A stretch of DNA of 64,000 nucleotides. Origin: an uncultured Candidatus Saccharibacteria bacterium. Lineage in GTDB: Bacteria > Patescibacteriota > Saccharimonadia > Saccharimonadales > AWTP1-31. Below, one piece after another: positions 54,065 through 63,178 of this stretch (position 1 is the first letter of the stretch; each line of letters opens with the position of its first letter). Location of the stretch: contig CAZVTA010000003.1 of NCBI GenBank assembly GCA_964629815.1, forward strand, positions 48,721 through 112,720, written 5' to 3'. The translations under genes and the position numbers were made by a program. Under the pieces are notes generated by a model. The model saw only the letters and a program-made list of their open reading frames with translations. It was not told the origin of the DNA and made no database searches.

Positions 54065-55495
54065 ATGCAATCGTTTTATTTTTACGATTTAGAAACAAGC
54101 GGAGTGAATCCGCGCACAGCACGCCCAATGCAGTTTGCGGGTCAAAGAACTGATCTTGACCTGCGATCCATAGGCGAACCCCACAATATTATGATTAGAC
54201 TGGCAGACGATATCTTGCCCGAACCCGATGCTGTGCTCATAACCGGTATCACCCCACAACAAACACGCGCCGACGGAATGAGTGAGGATGAGTTTATACG
54301 TATTTTTAATGCAGAGATTGCTACGCCGGGAACCATTTTTGTTGGTTATAATACGATCCGTTTCGATGACGAATTTATGCGCTATACGATGTACCGTAAT
54401 TTGTATGAACCGTACGAATGGCAGTGGAAGGACCATAGGTCACGTTGGGATCTGCTCGATGTTGTTCGTATGACACGTGCGCTTCGGCCCGAAGGCATAG
54501 AGTGGCCTTTTGCGCCGGACGGAAAGCCCAGTAATCGTTTGGAGCTACTAACTCATGTTAACGGACTTGATCATCAAAATGCTCACGATGCGCTTAGCGA
54601 TGTTAACGCAACGATTGCAGTCGCAAAGCTTCTCAAAGAAAAACAACCCAAGCTATTTCAATACCTGCTTTCTATGCGAACGAAGCAGAAAGTTCAGGCT
54701 CTTGTCGAAGCAAATGAGCCGTTCGTGTATGCTTCGGGTAAGTACGCAGGTGAGTTTGAAAAAACAACAGTAGCGGTCAAGATTGGCGATCATCCTAAGA
54801 AAACCGGTGCGTTAGTATACGACTTGCGCTTTGATCCCGAGCAGTTCATGAATCTTACCGCAGAACAACTTGCTGAAGCATGGCAATGGAGCCCGGACAA
54901 AGAAAAAGTACGGTTGCCGATTAAGACATTGCAGTACAATCGGTGCCCTGCCGTGGCGCCGCTGGTGGTGCTCGATGAAGATAGTCAACAGCGGCTTCAT
55001 ATTGATATGCACGCAGTGCGTACGAACTTGAAAAAGCTCCGCATGGTTAATGACTGGCCTGGCAAACTATACGCAGCACTTGATATTCTCGACAAAGCTC
55101 AACAGGCACGTTTGTTTGTCGACACCAAAGATGTCGACGCGAAGCTATACGACGGTTTTATCGTAAACAATGATCGAAATGCTATGCAAACCCTCCATAC
55201 GTTAGATCCCGCCAAGATTGATACTTCTCGTCACTATTTTAAAGACGAGCGATTAAATGCGTTGCTACCATTATTCAAGGCGAGAAATTATCCAGAGAGT
55301 CTTACAGACGACGAACGAGCGAGCTGGCACGAACATTGCGTTGATTACCTTATGAGTGGCGGAAAAAATAGCCGACTGGCTAAATATTTTGCGCGTTTGC
55401 AGGAGTTGTCCACAAAAGCGCAGTTGACACAACAGCAGCGCTTCCTGTTAGAAGACTTGCAGTTATACGGCGAGAGCCTGGTCCCTGTAGATTAG
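54065..55495 (+). CDS. sbcB: exodeoxyribonuclease I
   Basis: Motifs are FYFYDLETSGVNP, GYN..RFDDEF and HDALSDV (DEDDh). Length 476 aa. Confidence 0.88.
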   Translation: MQSFYFYDLETSGVNPRTARPMQFAGQRTDLDLRSIGEPHNIMIRLADDILPEPDAVLITGITPQQTRADGMSEDEFIRIFNAEIATPGTIFVGYNTIRFDDEFMRYTMYRNLYEPYEWQWKDHRSRWDLLDVVRMTRALRPEGIEWPFAPDGKPSNRLELLTHVNGLDHQNAHDALSDVNATIAVAKLLKEKQPKLFQYLLSMRTKQKVQALVEANEPFVYASGKYAGEFEKTTVAVKIGDHPKKTGALVYDLRFDPEQFMNLTAEQLAEAWQWSPDKEKVRLPIKTLQYNRCPAVAPLVVLDEDSQQRLHIDMHAVRTNLKKLRMVNDWPGKLYAALDILDKAQQARLFVDTKDVDAKLYDGFIVNNDRNAMQTLHTLDPAKIDTSRHYFKDERLNALLPLFKARNYPESLTDDERASWHEHCVDYLMSGGKNSRLAKYFARLQELSTKAQLTQQQRFLLEDLQLYGESLVPVD

Positions 55496-55665
55496 GCAGT
55501 CTGCTTTTCTTGGGTGGTTGTGTCAGAGAGTTTCTTGATGAGTTTGGGTACTTCTATGTATAGTACGCTACTTGTAACCATGATAAGTAGCGCTGCAATA
55601 ACCCATGCGAAAGTAATCTGGAAGGAAGTGCCAGGAATCTGGCCCAAAACTATGAACTCTAGCAT
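55492..55665 (-). CDS. 57-aa hydrophobic micro-protein (not in ORF track)
   Basis: Minus strand: AAGGAG, 6 nt, ATG. The translation is MLEFIVLGQIPGTSFQITFAWVIAALLIMVTSSVLYIEVPKLIKKLSDTTTQEKQTA. Its stop overlaps the sbcB stop region. Confidence 0.4.
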   Translation of the reverse strand: MLEFIVLGQIPGTSFQITFAWVIAALLIMVTSSVLYIEVPKLIKKLSDTTTQEKQTA

Positions 55666-55832
55666 CGCTACTCCTTGAGGTGTTTAATAGAAATATACTA
55701 CTATTTGCAAACATGTCAACAATATTATAATATGCTTATGTTTGTGCGTATTTCACAACATGAATACGATTGTGTCAGCGGATATGTGGAGATACACTGT
55801 GTGTAGTGGCTGGTAATATATTAGAACCAGAA

Positions 55833-56510
55833 ATGGCGATGTTGGGTGAGTTTGGTTTTGAATGTCAAGAAGAGCCAACATACCCACAAATGCGAATAGA
55901 ACGGCAGGCTTTTTTCGAGGCGAATTATTTAACAGACGAGTGGAATAGATTTCTTAATACGGCAGGTAACATTAATCGTTACACAGGATTTACACTTGCT
56001 CTTGGTTCGTTAGCAATATCTTATATCAATGCCGAAGAGATGAATCGAATGCTTGTAGAGAGATATGCCAAAATAGCCTATAATCGTCACAAGATGAGGA
56101 ACATCATAAACAGACTTCATCGCAGCTATGAACAGTTTGTGCGTGTTGAGGCACACGAAAAAGATGACTGTAGAGATTTTGCATTGATGTATGGAATCCC
56201 GGAGATCGATAGGGCTGATATGGATGAGAGATGCTGGCAAGTGGCTGATATTATGGTGCGCGACCCCCAGCTTGGGGTTGACAGCTCCGCTAAACGAGTA
56301 AGTTTTCGAGTAGAGGATGATCCATTCATGCACGAATTTGATCGAACAAAAGCGTTCTTTGAATCTGAAGGTCTACCTGTGCATATGATAGAGCGTAAAG
56401 TACCTCATATAACGTGGTTTCGCGCAGTGCGACCAATAGGTGACTTTCGTATGCCGGCTGAGTGGCCGGTATCTATGCGCTTTATGCCTCCAAAAGGAGT
56501 TATGTCGTGA
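55833..56510 (+). CDS. hypothetical protein
   Basis: The ORF opens at 55770 (TTG) and the first ATG is 55833, so the start is uncertain. No family was recognised. It contains a lone PHITWF (HxT) motif. Confidence 0.5.
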   Translation: MAMLGEFGFECQEEPTYPQMRIERQAFFEANYLTDEWNRFLNTAGNINRYTGFTLALGSLAISYINAEEMNRMLVERYAKIAYNRHKMRNIINRLHRSYEQFVRVEAHEKDDCRDFALMYGIPEIDRADMDERCWQVADIMVRDPQLGVDSSAKRVSFRVEDDPFMHEFDRTKAFFESEGLPVHMIERKVPHITWFRAVRPIGDFRMPAEWPVSMRFMPPKGVMS

Positions 56511-56545
56511 CTAGTGGTATACTGGCATACACAAGGGTGTAGTAA

Positions 56546-57289
56546 ATGGAACCGTTAAAGACGTTAGAATTATTCCGACCTGTTTCTGGGGCAGAACAAC
56601 TGTCGGCGGTTACGCGACAGGCTGCGATTGATATATTTGGCGAAACAGAGGTTGATGTTTTTCCTCAAGCAACCGATGAAGAGTTCGTTGTCGATGGTAT
56701 GCGTATTCCGTTGGTGCGCCTCGTAACGGCAGGGCATCCACTTGCAACGGTGTTGCGACCCGAAGAGCTAGAATTTAAGCATGTGCAACTATCATCGCCT
56801 CGAGATTTGCACGGATCATTTGGATGGGCTGCACGTCGCTTAATAGCGCGGGCAGAGAGGATTGCATTTCCTGTCAAGCGTGATGGAGCGGAGCATATTA
56901 AATGGCGAACGAGCCCACTGTATAGTTCGTTAGACAGAATCGGAATAGAATACGGGGTGGCGGATCAAAACGAGGTAAAAATTGAATGTACGGCCGTAGA
57001 GACTCCTGTCGACATGGGGGCCGATGGTCATGAGTTGTGGCTCACACTCAATCCGTTCGCAAAAACGACTCAAATGTTAGCTGAGCAATCACGAATGTGC
57101 CTTCGGGGTATGGCTGGGCATTCGAAAAAGCATGTGTATCCAGTGTCTCCGAGCCCGAATGGTATTCATTTTGCAACAATGCCTCGTGTTGTGAGCGAGC
57201 GTCAGGGCAAAGAATTTCAGAAGCGGCTCGCAAAATGTTTTCCTCTTCAATTAGTTTTGGGTGGTGTACAAAGCCGTATCCTAGAATAA
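56546..57289 (+). CDS. hypothetical protein
   Basis: A 247-aa ORF starting 35 nt after the previous gene. No motif was recognised. Confidence 0.5.
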   Translation: MEPLKTLELFRPVSGAEQLSAVTRQAAIDIFGETEVDVFPQATDEEFVVDGMRIPLVRLVTAGHPLATVLRPEELEFKHVQLSSPRDLHGSFGWAARRLIARAERIAFPVKRDGAEHIKWRTSPLYSSLDRIGIEYGVADQNEVKIECTAVETPVDMGADGHELWLTLNPFAKTTQMLAEQSRMCLRGMAGHSKKHVYPVSPSPNGIHFATMPRVVSERQGKEFQKRLAKCFPLQLVLGGVQSRILE

Positions 57290-57321
57290 TTTTTCATTTT
57301 CGCGTATAATAGACAGACTTT

Positions 57322-60132
57322 ATGAGTGATTATATAGAGGTTAAAGGTGCCCGAGAGCACAATCTAAAAGACGTGAATGTCCGTATTCCGCGCGGCAAAC
57401 TAGTTGTTATTACTGGATTGAGCGGATCGGGTAAATCGAGCCTGGCGTTTGATACTATTTATGCAGAAGGCCAACGACGCTACGTTGAGTCGCTCAGCTC
57501 GTATGCTCGCCAATTTTTGGGCCTTATGGAGAAGCCAGACGTAGACCAGATCGATGGTCTGAGTCCGGCAATTTCAATTGACCAAAAATCGACCAGCCGT
57601 AACCCACGCAGTACGGTTGCGACCGTAACTGAAATTTATGATTATCTGCGCTTGCTGTACGCGCGCATAGGTGTGCCGCATTGTTCGGTGTGTGGAAAAG
57701 AGGTTTCGAGACAGACTACACAAGCAATTGTCGATCAGGTGCGCAAAGACTCTGCAGAGAGTCGATTGCTGGTTTTGGCTCCAGTGATTATTGACAAAAA
57801 AGGTGCGTTCGAACATATCCCCGAGCAGTATCAACGTGCAGGGTTTGCTCGTGCGAGGGTTGATGGTGTAGTGTATGCGCTCGATGAATTTCCAGCACTC
57901 GATAAAAACTACAAACACACCATAGAGATTGTGGTCGACCGAATTGTTAATAACGAAGAAAGCTTCGGCAGGCTGACACAATCTATCGAACAGGCTCTCG
58001 ATATCGCTGATGGTCGCTTGCGTATTAACGATGCAGATAACAATAAAGAGTTTAACTATAGTCTGCAATATGCATGCGTTGACCACCCAGAAATACAGAT
58101 TCCAGAATTAGAGCCACGTACGTTTAGTTTCAACAGTCCACATGGTGCGTGCCCAGTTTGTACCGGACTTGGCTCGCGACTCGAGGTTGATCCAGAGCTT
58201 GTCATACCCAATGGCCGCCTTACTATTGCAGAGGGCGCTATTCGTCCATTTAACCGCATTAGTACCGACGCATGGTATACAAAAAAACTGCAAGCAGTTG
58301 CAGATGCGCATGGCTTTAGTTTGCATGTACCAACGAGTGAATTATCCGAAAAGCAAATGCAGTTACTTATGTATGGTACGGGTAGTCAGAAGTATCGCAT
58401 TAGCCTTGGTGGTGGTAGATCGTACGATACGACCTATGAGGGGGTGGTTAATAATCTAGAGCGGCGTCACAAAGAAACCGAGAGCGATTTTATTCGTCGA
58501 GACATCGAAAGATTCATGCAAGAAAAACCATGTCATGCATGTGGCGGAAAGCGGCTCAAGCCCGAAGTGTTGGCTGTTACGATTGATGATCATTCGATTA
58601 TGGATATCTGTGAATTGTCTATCGATGATGCGGTTGAGTTCTTTTCAAAACTTAAGCTCGACGAAAAACAACAGCATATTGCCTTGCAGATATTTAAAGA
58701 AATAAAAGCTCGGCTTTCATTTTTGCAAGATGTTGGATTAAACTATCTTAATTTATTGCGAAGTGCAGCAACGCTATCTGGCGGCGAGGCGCAGCGTATT
58801 CGGTTAGCCACACAAATAGGCTCCGGGCTGCAGGGTGTGCTATACGTGCTCGATGAGCCGTCAATTGGTTTGCACCAGCGAGACAACGAAAGACTTATCG
58901 CGACGCTAAAGCACCTTAGAGATTTAGGAAATACCGTTATTGTTGTAGAGCACGACGAAGATACTATCCGTACGGCAGACTATTTGCTCGATATTGGTCC
59001 TGGCGCTGGCGTACATGGCGGGCACATTGTTGCAGAAGGTACGCCTGCTGAAGTTGTTCAGAATAAGCAAAGCATCACGGGGCAGTATCTGAGCGGCGTT
59101 AAAACAATTGCCGTACCCAAGAAACGACGAACCGGAAATGGTAAATCTTTAATGATTAAAAATGCCCGCGAAAATAATCTGCGCGGTATTGATGTTGAGA
59201 TTCCGCTTGGACAGTTGGTGGTAGTGAGTGGTGTCTCTGGCAGTGGAAAATCGAGCCTTATTAATGACATTCTGGCCAAAGAGCTTTCCGCGCGATTAAT
59301 GCGTAGTAGTGCAGTGCCAGGCAGGCACGACGAAATAGAAGGTATAAAGCATCTCGACAAAGCAATTATTATAGACCAGTCGCCAATTGGTCGCACGCCA
59401 CGCAGTAACCCAGCCACGTATACCGGATTATTCACGCCGATCCGTGAGTTATTTGCGGGAGTGCCCGAAGCCAAATTACGTGGTTATAGTGCAGGACGAT
59501 TTAGCTTTAATGTTCGTGGTGGAAGATGCGAAAACTGTTCGGGCGATGGCATTATTAAAATTGAAATGCACTTTTTGCCCGATGTGTATGTTCCATGCGA
59601 AGTATGTAAGGGTAAACGATACAACCGTGAAGCACTTGAAATTCATTATAAAGGCAAGACAATCAGCGACGTGCTCGAGATGACATGTGAGCAAGCGCTT
59701 GAATTCTTCGGTAATATTCCGTCAATCGCGCGTAAGCTCCAAACGTTGGTTGATGTGGGCTTAGGTTATATAGGTCTTGGCCAGCCTGCAACGACGTTGT
59801 CGGGTGGAGAAGCACAGCGGATTAAACTTGCAAGTGAGTTAAGTCGTCGGCCAACAGGTAGAACGCTCTATATTCTCGACGAGCCAACAACAGGACTCCA
59901 TATGGCCGATGTAGACAAGTTATTACATGTACTGCATGCGTTAGTTGATGCCGGAAACAGCATGGTTGTCATCGAACACAACTTGGATGTTATTAAGTCA
60001 GCTGATCATATCATTGATATGGGTCCGGATGGAGGCGTTGGGGGAGGTATTGTTGTCGCACACGGAACTCCTGAACAGGTGGCAAAAAATCAACAATCGT
60101 ACACCGGAAAATTTTTAAAGGCCTATCTATAA
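57322..60132 (+). CDS. uvrA: excinuclease ABC subunit A
   Basis: Two ABC modules ([12 protein letters not shown] and [12 protein letters not shown], each with LSGGE signatures) and zinc-finger Cys clusters. Length 936 aa. Confidence 0.95.
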   Translation: MSDYIEVKGAREHNLKDVNVRIPRGKLVVITGLSGSGKSSLAFDTIYAEGQRRYVESLSSYARQFLGLMEKPDVDQIDGLSPAISIDQKSTSRNPRSTVATVTEIYDYLRLLYARIGVPHCSVCGKEVSRQTTQAIVDQVRKDSAESRLLVLAPVIIDKKGAFEHIPEQYQRAGFARARVDGVVYALDEFPALDKNYKHTIEIVVDRIVNNEESFGRLTQSIEQALDIADGRLRINDADNNKEFNYSLQYACVDHPEIQIPELEPRTFSFNSPHGACPVCTGLGSRLEVDPELVIPNGRLTIAEGAIRPFNRISTDAWYTKKLQAVADAHGFSLHVPTSELSEKQMQLLMYGTGSQKYRISLGGGRSYDTTYEGVVNNLERRHKETESDFIRRDIERFMQEKPCHACGGKRLKPEVLAVTIDDHSIMDICELSIDDAVEFFSKLKLDEKQQHIALQIFKEIKARLSFLQDVGLNYLNLLRSAATLSGGEAQRIRLATQIGSGLQGVLYVLDEPSIGLHQRDNERLIATLKHLRDLGNTVIVVEHDEDTIRTADYLLDIGPGAGVHGGHIVAEGTPAEVVQNKQSITGQYLSGVKTIAVPKKRRTGNGKSLMIKNARENNLRGIDVEIPLGQLVVVSGVSGSGKSSLINDILAKELSARLMRSSAVPGRHDEIEGIKHLDKAIIIDQSPIGRTPRSNPATYTGLFTPIRELFAGVPEAKLRGYSAGRFSFNVRGGRCENCSGDGIIKIEMHFLPDVYVPCEVCKGKRYNREALEIHYKGKTISDVLEMTCEQALEFFGNIPSIARKLQTLVDVGLGYIGLGQPATTLSGGEAQRIKLASELSRRPTGRTLYILDEPTTGLHMADVDKLLHVLHALVDAGNSMVVIEHNLDVIKSADHIIDMGPDGGVGGGIVVAHGTPEQVAKNQQSYTGKFLKAYL

Positions 60133-60133
60133 T

Positions 60134-60628
60134 ATGCTCAGCCTCGAAACGCTCACGGCTCATGATTCCTGGAATGTACAGCAGCTGGGTTTGGTCGCTC
60201 GTTTTTTTCATGTAGTCCGAAACCCTGCCGATGCGGTGCTTAGTATTGCGATCAGACCAGACGAGGAATTGCATCGCTATTTTGGCGAACCAGTTGGTAC
60301 TTACAAAACGAGAGAAGCGGAATTGATTGACCCACATGTACCAACCGTAGATAAGGCAGAAATGATTGCGCAACATTTTCGTCCAGCCGCGCAATCTATA
60401 ATATTATTGTCGCGCTGTAGTAGCCCGGTGTATGAATACATTGACCTAACGGATCAGTATATTGCAAAAGGTTTGCGTCCAGAGCTGAACGCTGCAAGTG
60501 TAGTGTTGCCTGATGATGAAATCTTATTCGATATGTTTGATACACTTGCCGCAGAGCGGCAAAAACGATGTCGCCAGCTTGAAGGCTGGCTGGCGAGCGT
60601 GTTAATCGATTCGCTTGTTGAGAGATAA
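60134..60628 (+). CDS. hypothetical protein coupled to uvrA
   Basis: The ATG lies 1 nt after the uvrA TAA. It encodes 164 aa with no motif, and its 3' end overlaps convergent dedA by 27 nt. Confidence 0.5.
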   Translation: MLSLETLTAHDSWNVQQLGLVARFFHVVRNPADAVLSIAIRPDEELHRYFGEPVGTYKTREAELIDPHVPTVDKAEMIAQHFRPAAQSIILLSRCSSPVYEYIDLTDQYIAKGLRPELNAASVVLPDDEILFDMFDTLAAERQKRCRQLEGWLASVLIDSLVER

Positions 60629-61255
60629 TTTCTGTAGAATTGACTTGAACCATTGAAGCAGCATGCCTCGAGTTCTTTTGTCTTTCAAGAGGTGTCCAAA
60701 TGCTAAAGCCAGGCTTAGTACCATAACGCCAATAATAACGATCTCGATGTATTTATCGAGATGAGGGATGCGTGCGCCTATCTCATAGCCGAGCAGAGGC
60801 ATGCCTGCTCCCCATAAAATGCCACCAATAATGTTGTATGTCATAAATTTCTGTCGAGACATTTTACCTGCGCCAGCAACGACCGGGGCAAACGTTCTGA
60901 CAATTGGCGTAAAGCGGGCGAGTATAATGGTTTTGCCGCCATGCTCTTCATAAAATTTTTCAGCTTTTTGTAGGTATTCTTGTCGGAACAAGATTCCGTC
61001 TTCTTTTTTGAAGATGCGTGGACCGGCTCGCCGTCCAATACTGTAACCGATGTTGTCACCAAGAATGGCTGCCAAAACCACACAAACGATAAGCCACCAC
61101 AGCGAAAAGCTGCCTTGTGAGGCAGCAAGTCCAGCACCAAAGAGTAAAGAGTCGCCGGGTAGAAAGAATCCTACTAATAAACCTGATTCTGCAAAAACGA
61201 TTGCGCTGACGAGCGCGATACCACCAGCGGATACAATATGTTCAATATCAAACAT
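60602..61255 (-). CDS. dedA: DedA-family membrane protein
   Basis: Motifs are GLLVGFFLPGDSLLF and ARFTPIVRTFAPVVAG. Confidence 0.85.
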   Translation of the reverse strand: MFDIEHIVSAGGIALVSAIVFAESGLLVGFFLPGDSLLFGAGLAASQGSFSLWWLIVCVVLAAILGDNIGYSIGRRAGPRIFKKEDGILFRQEYLQKAEKFYEEHGGKTIILARFTPIVRTFAPVVAGAGKMSRQKFMTYNIIGGILWGAGMPLLGYEIGARIPHLDKYIEIVIIGVMVLSLALAFGHLLKDKRTRGMLLQWFKSILQKLSLNKRID

Positions 61256-61379
61256 CCATACTAGCGTACCGTTTTTTCGCCTACGAGTCCAGGCAAATGC
61301 TGTTAAAGTAACAAAGACCGGCGCAATAATAACTGCTATACTAAAGCATACATATTGTGGAAACTAACAGGAGGGTCTG

Positions 61380-62039
61380 GTGAGTAGTAATGAATTTGCG
61401 TTAGTCGTACAAGAACGAAACGTTATAGGCAAAGGGTTGAACCGGCTGCGCCGTGAAGGTAGTGTCCCGGCGGTTATACATGACCACGGTAAGCAATCAC
61501 AACATGTCATGGTTGCCTACAACGAACTACAAAAGATATTTAATGCAGCAGGCAAACATCATCCTGTGACGCTTAACCTCGGTTCAAAAAAATACATGGC
61601 ATTGATTAAGGATGTAGATTTTGAGCCACGAAAACACATGCTGCGACACGTTGTATTTAATGCGATTAAAGCAAACGAAAAGCAACAAACAGAAGTCCCA
61701 GTCCATCTTACGGGAGAGATTCCAGCCGAAAAAGCAGGGTATTTGGTTATTCGGACTTTAGATGCCGTTTCTATTGAAGCGCTACCAAAGGATCTTGTAG
61801 ATGCGTTAGAAATTGATGCTAGTAAACTTGCCGAAATTGGCGACAAGCTTACCGTCGCCGATATTGTTGCTCCTGCCGGCGTGACTATCATAACTGAAGC
61901 TGAGCACGGCATTGCAGTTGTTGAAGAAACCAAGGCGCAAATGAGCGAAGAGTCAGAACAGGAGGCGGAGGGTGCCGAGCCAGCTGGTTCTGCTGAAAAC
62001 ACAGAAGAGACCACAACAGATCAGTCAGCCAGCGAATAG
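61380..62039 (+). CDS. rplY: 50S ribosomal protein L25 (Ctc form) with acidic C-terminal tail
   Basis: GTG start after AGGAGG. The motif is GKGLNRLRREGSVPAVIHDHG. Length 219 aa. Confidence 0.85.
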   Translation: MSSNEFALVVQERNVIGKGLNRLRREGSVPAVIHDHGKQSQHVMVAYNELQKIFNAAGKHHPVTLNLGSKKYMALIKDVDFEPRKHMLRHVVFNAIKANEKQQTEVPVHLTGEIPAEKAGYLVIRTLDAVSIEALPKDLVDALEIDASKLAEIGDKLTVADIVAPAGVTIITEAEHGIAVVEETKAQMSEESEQEAEGAEPAGSAENTEETTTDQSASE

Positions 62040-62060
62040 CGGGATTGGTTACCTCAAAAA

Positions 62061-62540
62061 TTATTGTTTTGTAAGCGGTATATTGACCGTTACTTCTGTC
62101 TGGTCAATAGTGGTGACAAGCCGAATGTTCTGTGCTTGATCTTTGGGTATATTAAAACTGATTTGCCCTTCTGTGCTGGTGCTGTTTTGTAAATACCCAC
62201 TGCCGAGCGGCGAATCGAGCGTTGCAGGCCACAGGTGCTCTTCTTTGCCGTTACTTGTAACTACTTTAAATTGTGTTACCGGCGAGATGTATACGCTGCG
62301 CCCAAGTTTATTGTTGAGTCGTATTTTTGCAATAGCAAAACCGCGACCGTTTCCTGGTTTGAAGGGGCCTGGGTCTGTTGTTCGAAAAGAACTATCGAGT
62401 ACTTCGACCGTTAATTTTCTCTGTGGCAATGCTTGCAGGGATAGGTATCCTGTTAATCCTGCGACGCTTACAATAAGTAAGATGTACGGAGCGATTCGTT
62501 TGATAACTGGGCGAGTCTGTTTTTGCTTAGCGTGTTTCAT
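62061..62540 (-). CDS. exported Ig-like/DUF4352-like protein (hypothetical)
   Basis: N-terminal K/R-rich TM anchor followed by a beta-rich domain of about 115 aa. Its ATG overlaps the upstream stop (ATGA). Confidence 0.5.
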   Translation of the reverse strand: MKHAKQKQTRPVIKRIAPYILLIVSVAGLTGYLSLQALPQRKLTVEVLDSSFRTTDPGPFKPGNGRGFAIAKIRLNNKLGRSVYISPVTQFKVVTSNGKEEHLWPATLDSPLGSGYLQNSTSTEGQISFNIPKDQAQNIRLVTTIDQTEVTVNIPLTKQ

Positions 62541-63178
62541 TTGAGGGGTCCTATTTTGTAACTAGCGAGTTTTGTGTACGCGGATTGCTTGTGGTTATGG
62601 CTTTGACCAGCGACACGGGCACCAGCGAGGTATGGGCCAATATCATGTCCACAGGTAGTGCTGTTAAATACGCTACTGCCACCTGGATGAGGGTTGACAT
62701 ACGAGGTTACATCGTAGTAGGAGCCGTTATAGGTAACCCAGCAGTTTGATTGACTGTTATGGGTAGCGACTTCTGCAGAGGTACAAGCTCCGCCTGCAGA
62801 TCCACATGCAGGTGCAGCGGGGGTTGTGCTGCCGCCACTGCCTCCAGAGCTGCTCGATGATCCTGAGCTCGTGCCGCTGCTAGTTGTCGTGCTGGTGGTT
62901 GTTTTTGTGCTAGAGCTGGTTGTGCTGCTTTTTGATGTCGTTGTTTTTGTTGTTGGCTGGCTTGTGGTGGTGGGAGTTGGTGGCGCAGGCGCAGTGGTTT
63001 TAGAAGCGTCTTCTGCTGGCTTATTGTTTGTTTCGGGCATGGTCTTTGTTGCTGTCTGCTGATCGGTTTTAACTGTTAATACCGGTTTGTCCGGCGAAAC
63101 TACCTTGCCAATAAATATAATCGTTAATGCAACAGTGAAGTAGATAATAAGACTTAGGTGGACGGCTTTTTTAATCAT
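62537..63178 (-). CDS. membrane-anchored protein with Ser/Thr/Pro-rich linker and C-terminal cytochrome b5-like heme-binding domain
   Basis: N-terminal TM after KK, then a linker of about 100 aa rich in T/S/P. The C-terminal domain reads EVATHNSQSNCWVTYNGSYYDVTSYVNPHPGG...CGHD...SHNH. Confidence 0.7.
   Translation of the reverse strand: MIKKAVHLSLIIYFTVALTIIFIGKVVSPDKPVLTVKTDQQTATKTMPETNNKPAEDASKTTAPAPPTPTTTSQPTTKTTTSKSSTTSSSTKTTTSTTTSSGTSSGSSSSSGGSGGSTTPAAPACGSAGGACTSAEVATHNSQSNCWVTYNGSYYDVTSYVNPHPGGSSVFNSTTCGHDIGPYLAGARVAGQSHNHKQSAYTKLASYKIGPLK

Noticed and set aside
55833-56510. 2H phosphoesterase (LigT-like) assignment, based on the PHITWF motif.
   Set aside because: Only one convincing H-x-T motif is present. 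The second candidate (LHRSY) has a charged residue where a hydrophobic one is expected. I kept it as an unknown.
62826-63010. Low-complexity repetitive DNA (also 14305-14364) considered as a CRISPR array or minisatellite.
   Set aside because: There is no repeat-spacer periodicity. Both tracts lie in frame inside CDSs and encode Ser/Thr/Pro or Thr-Pro linkers.
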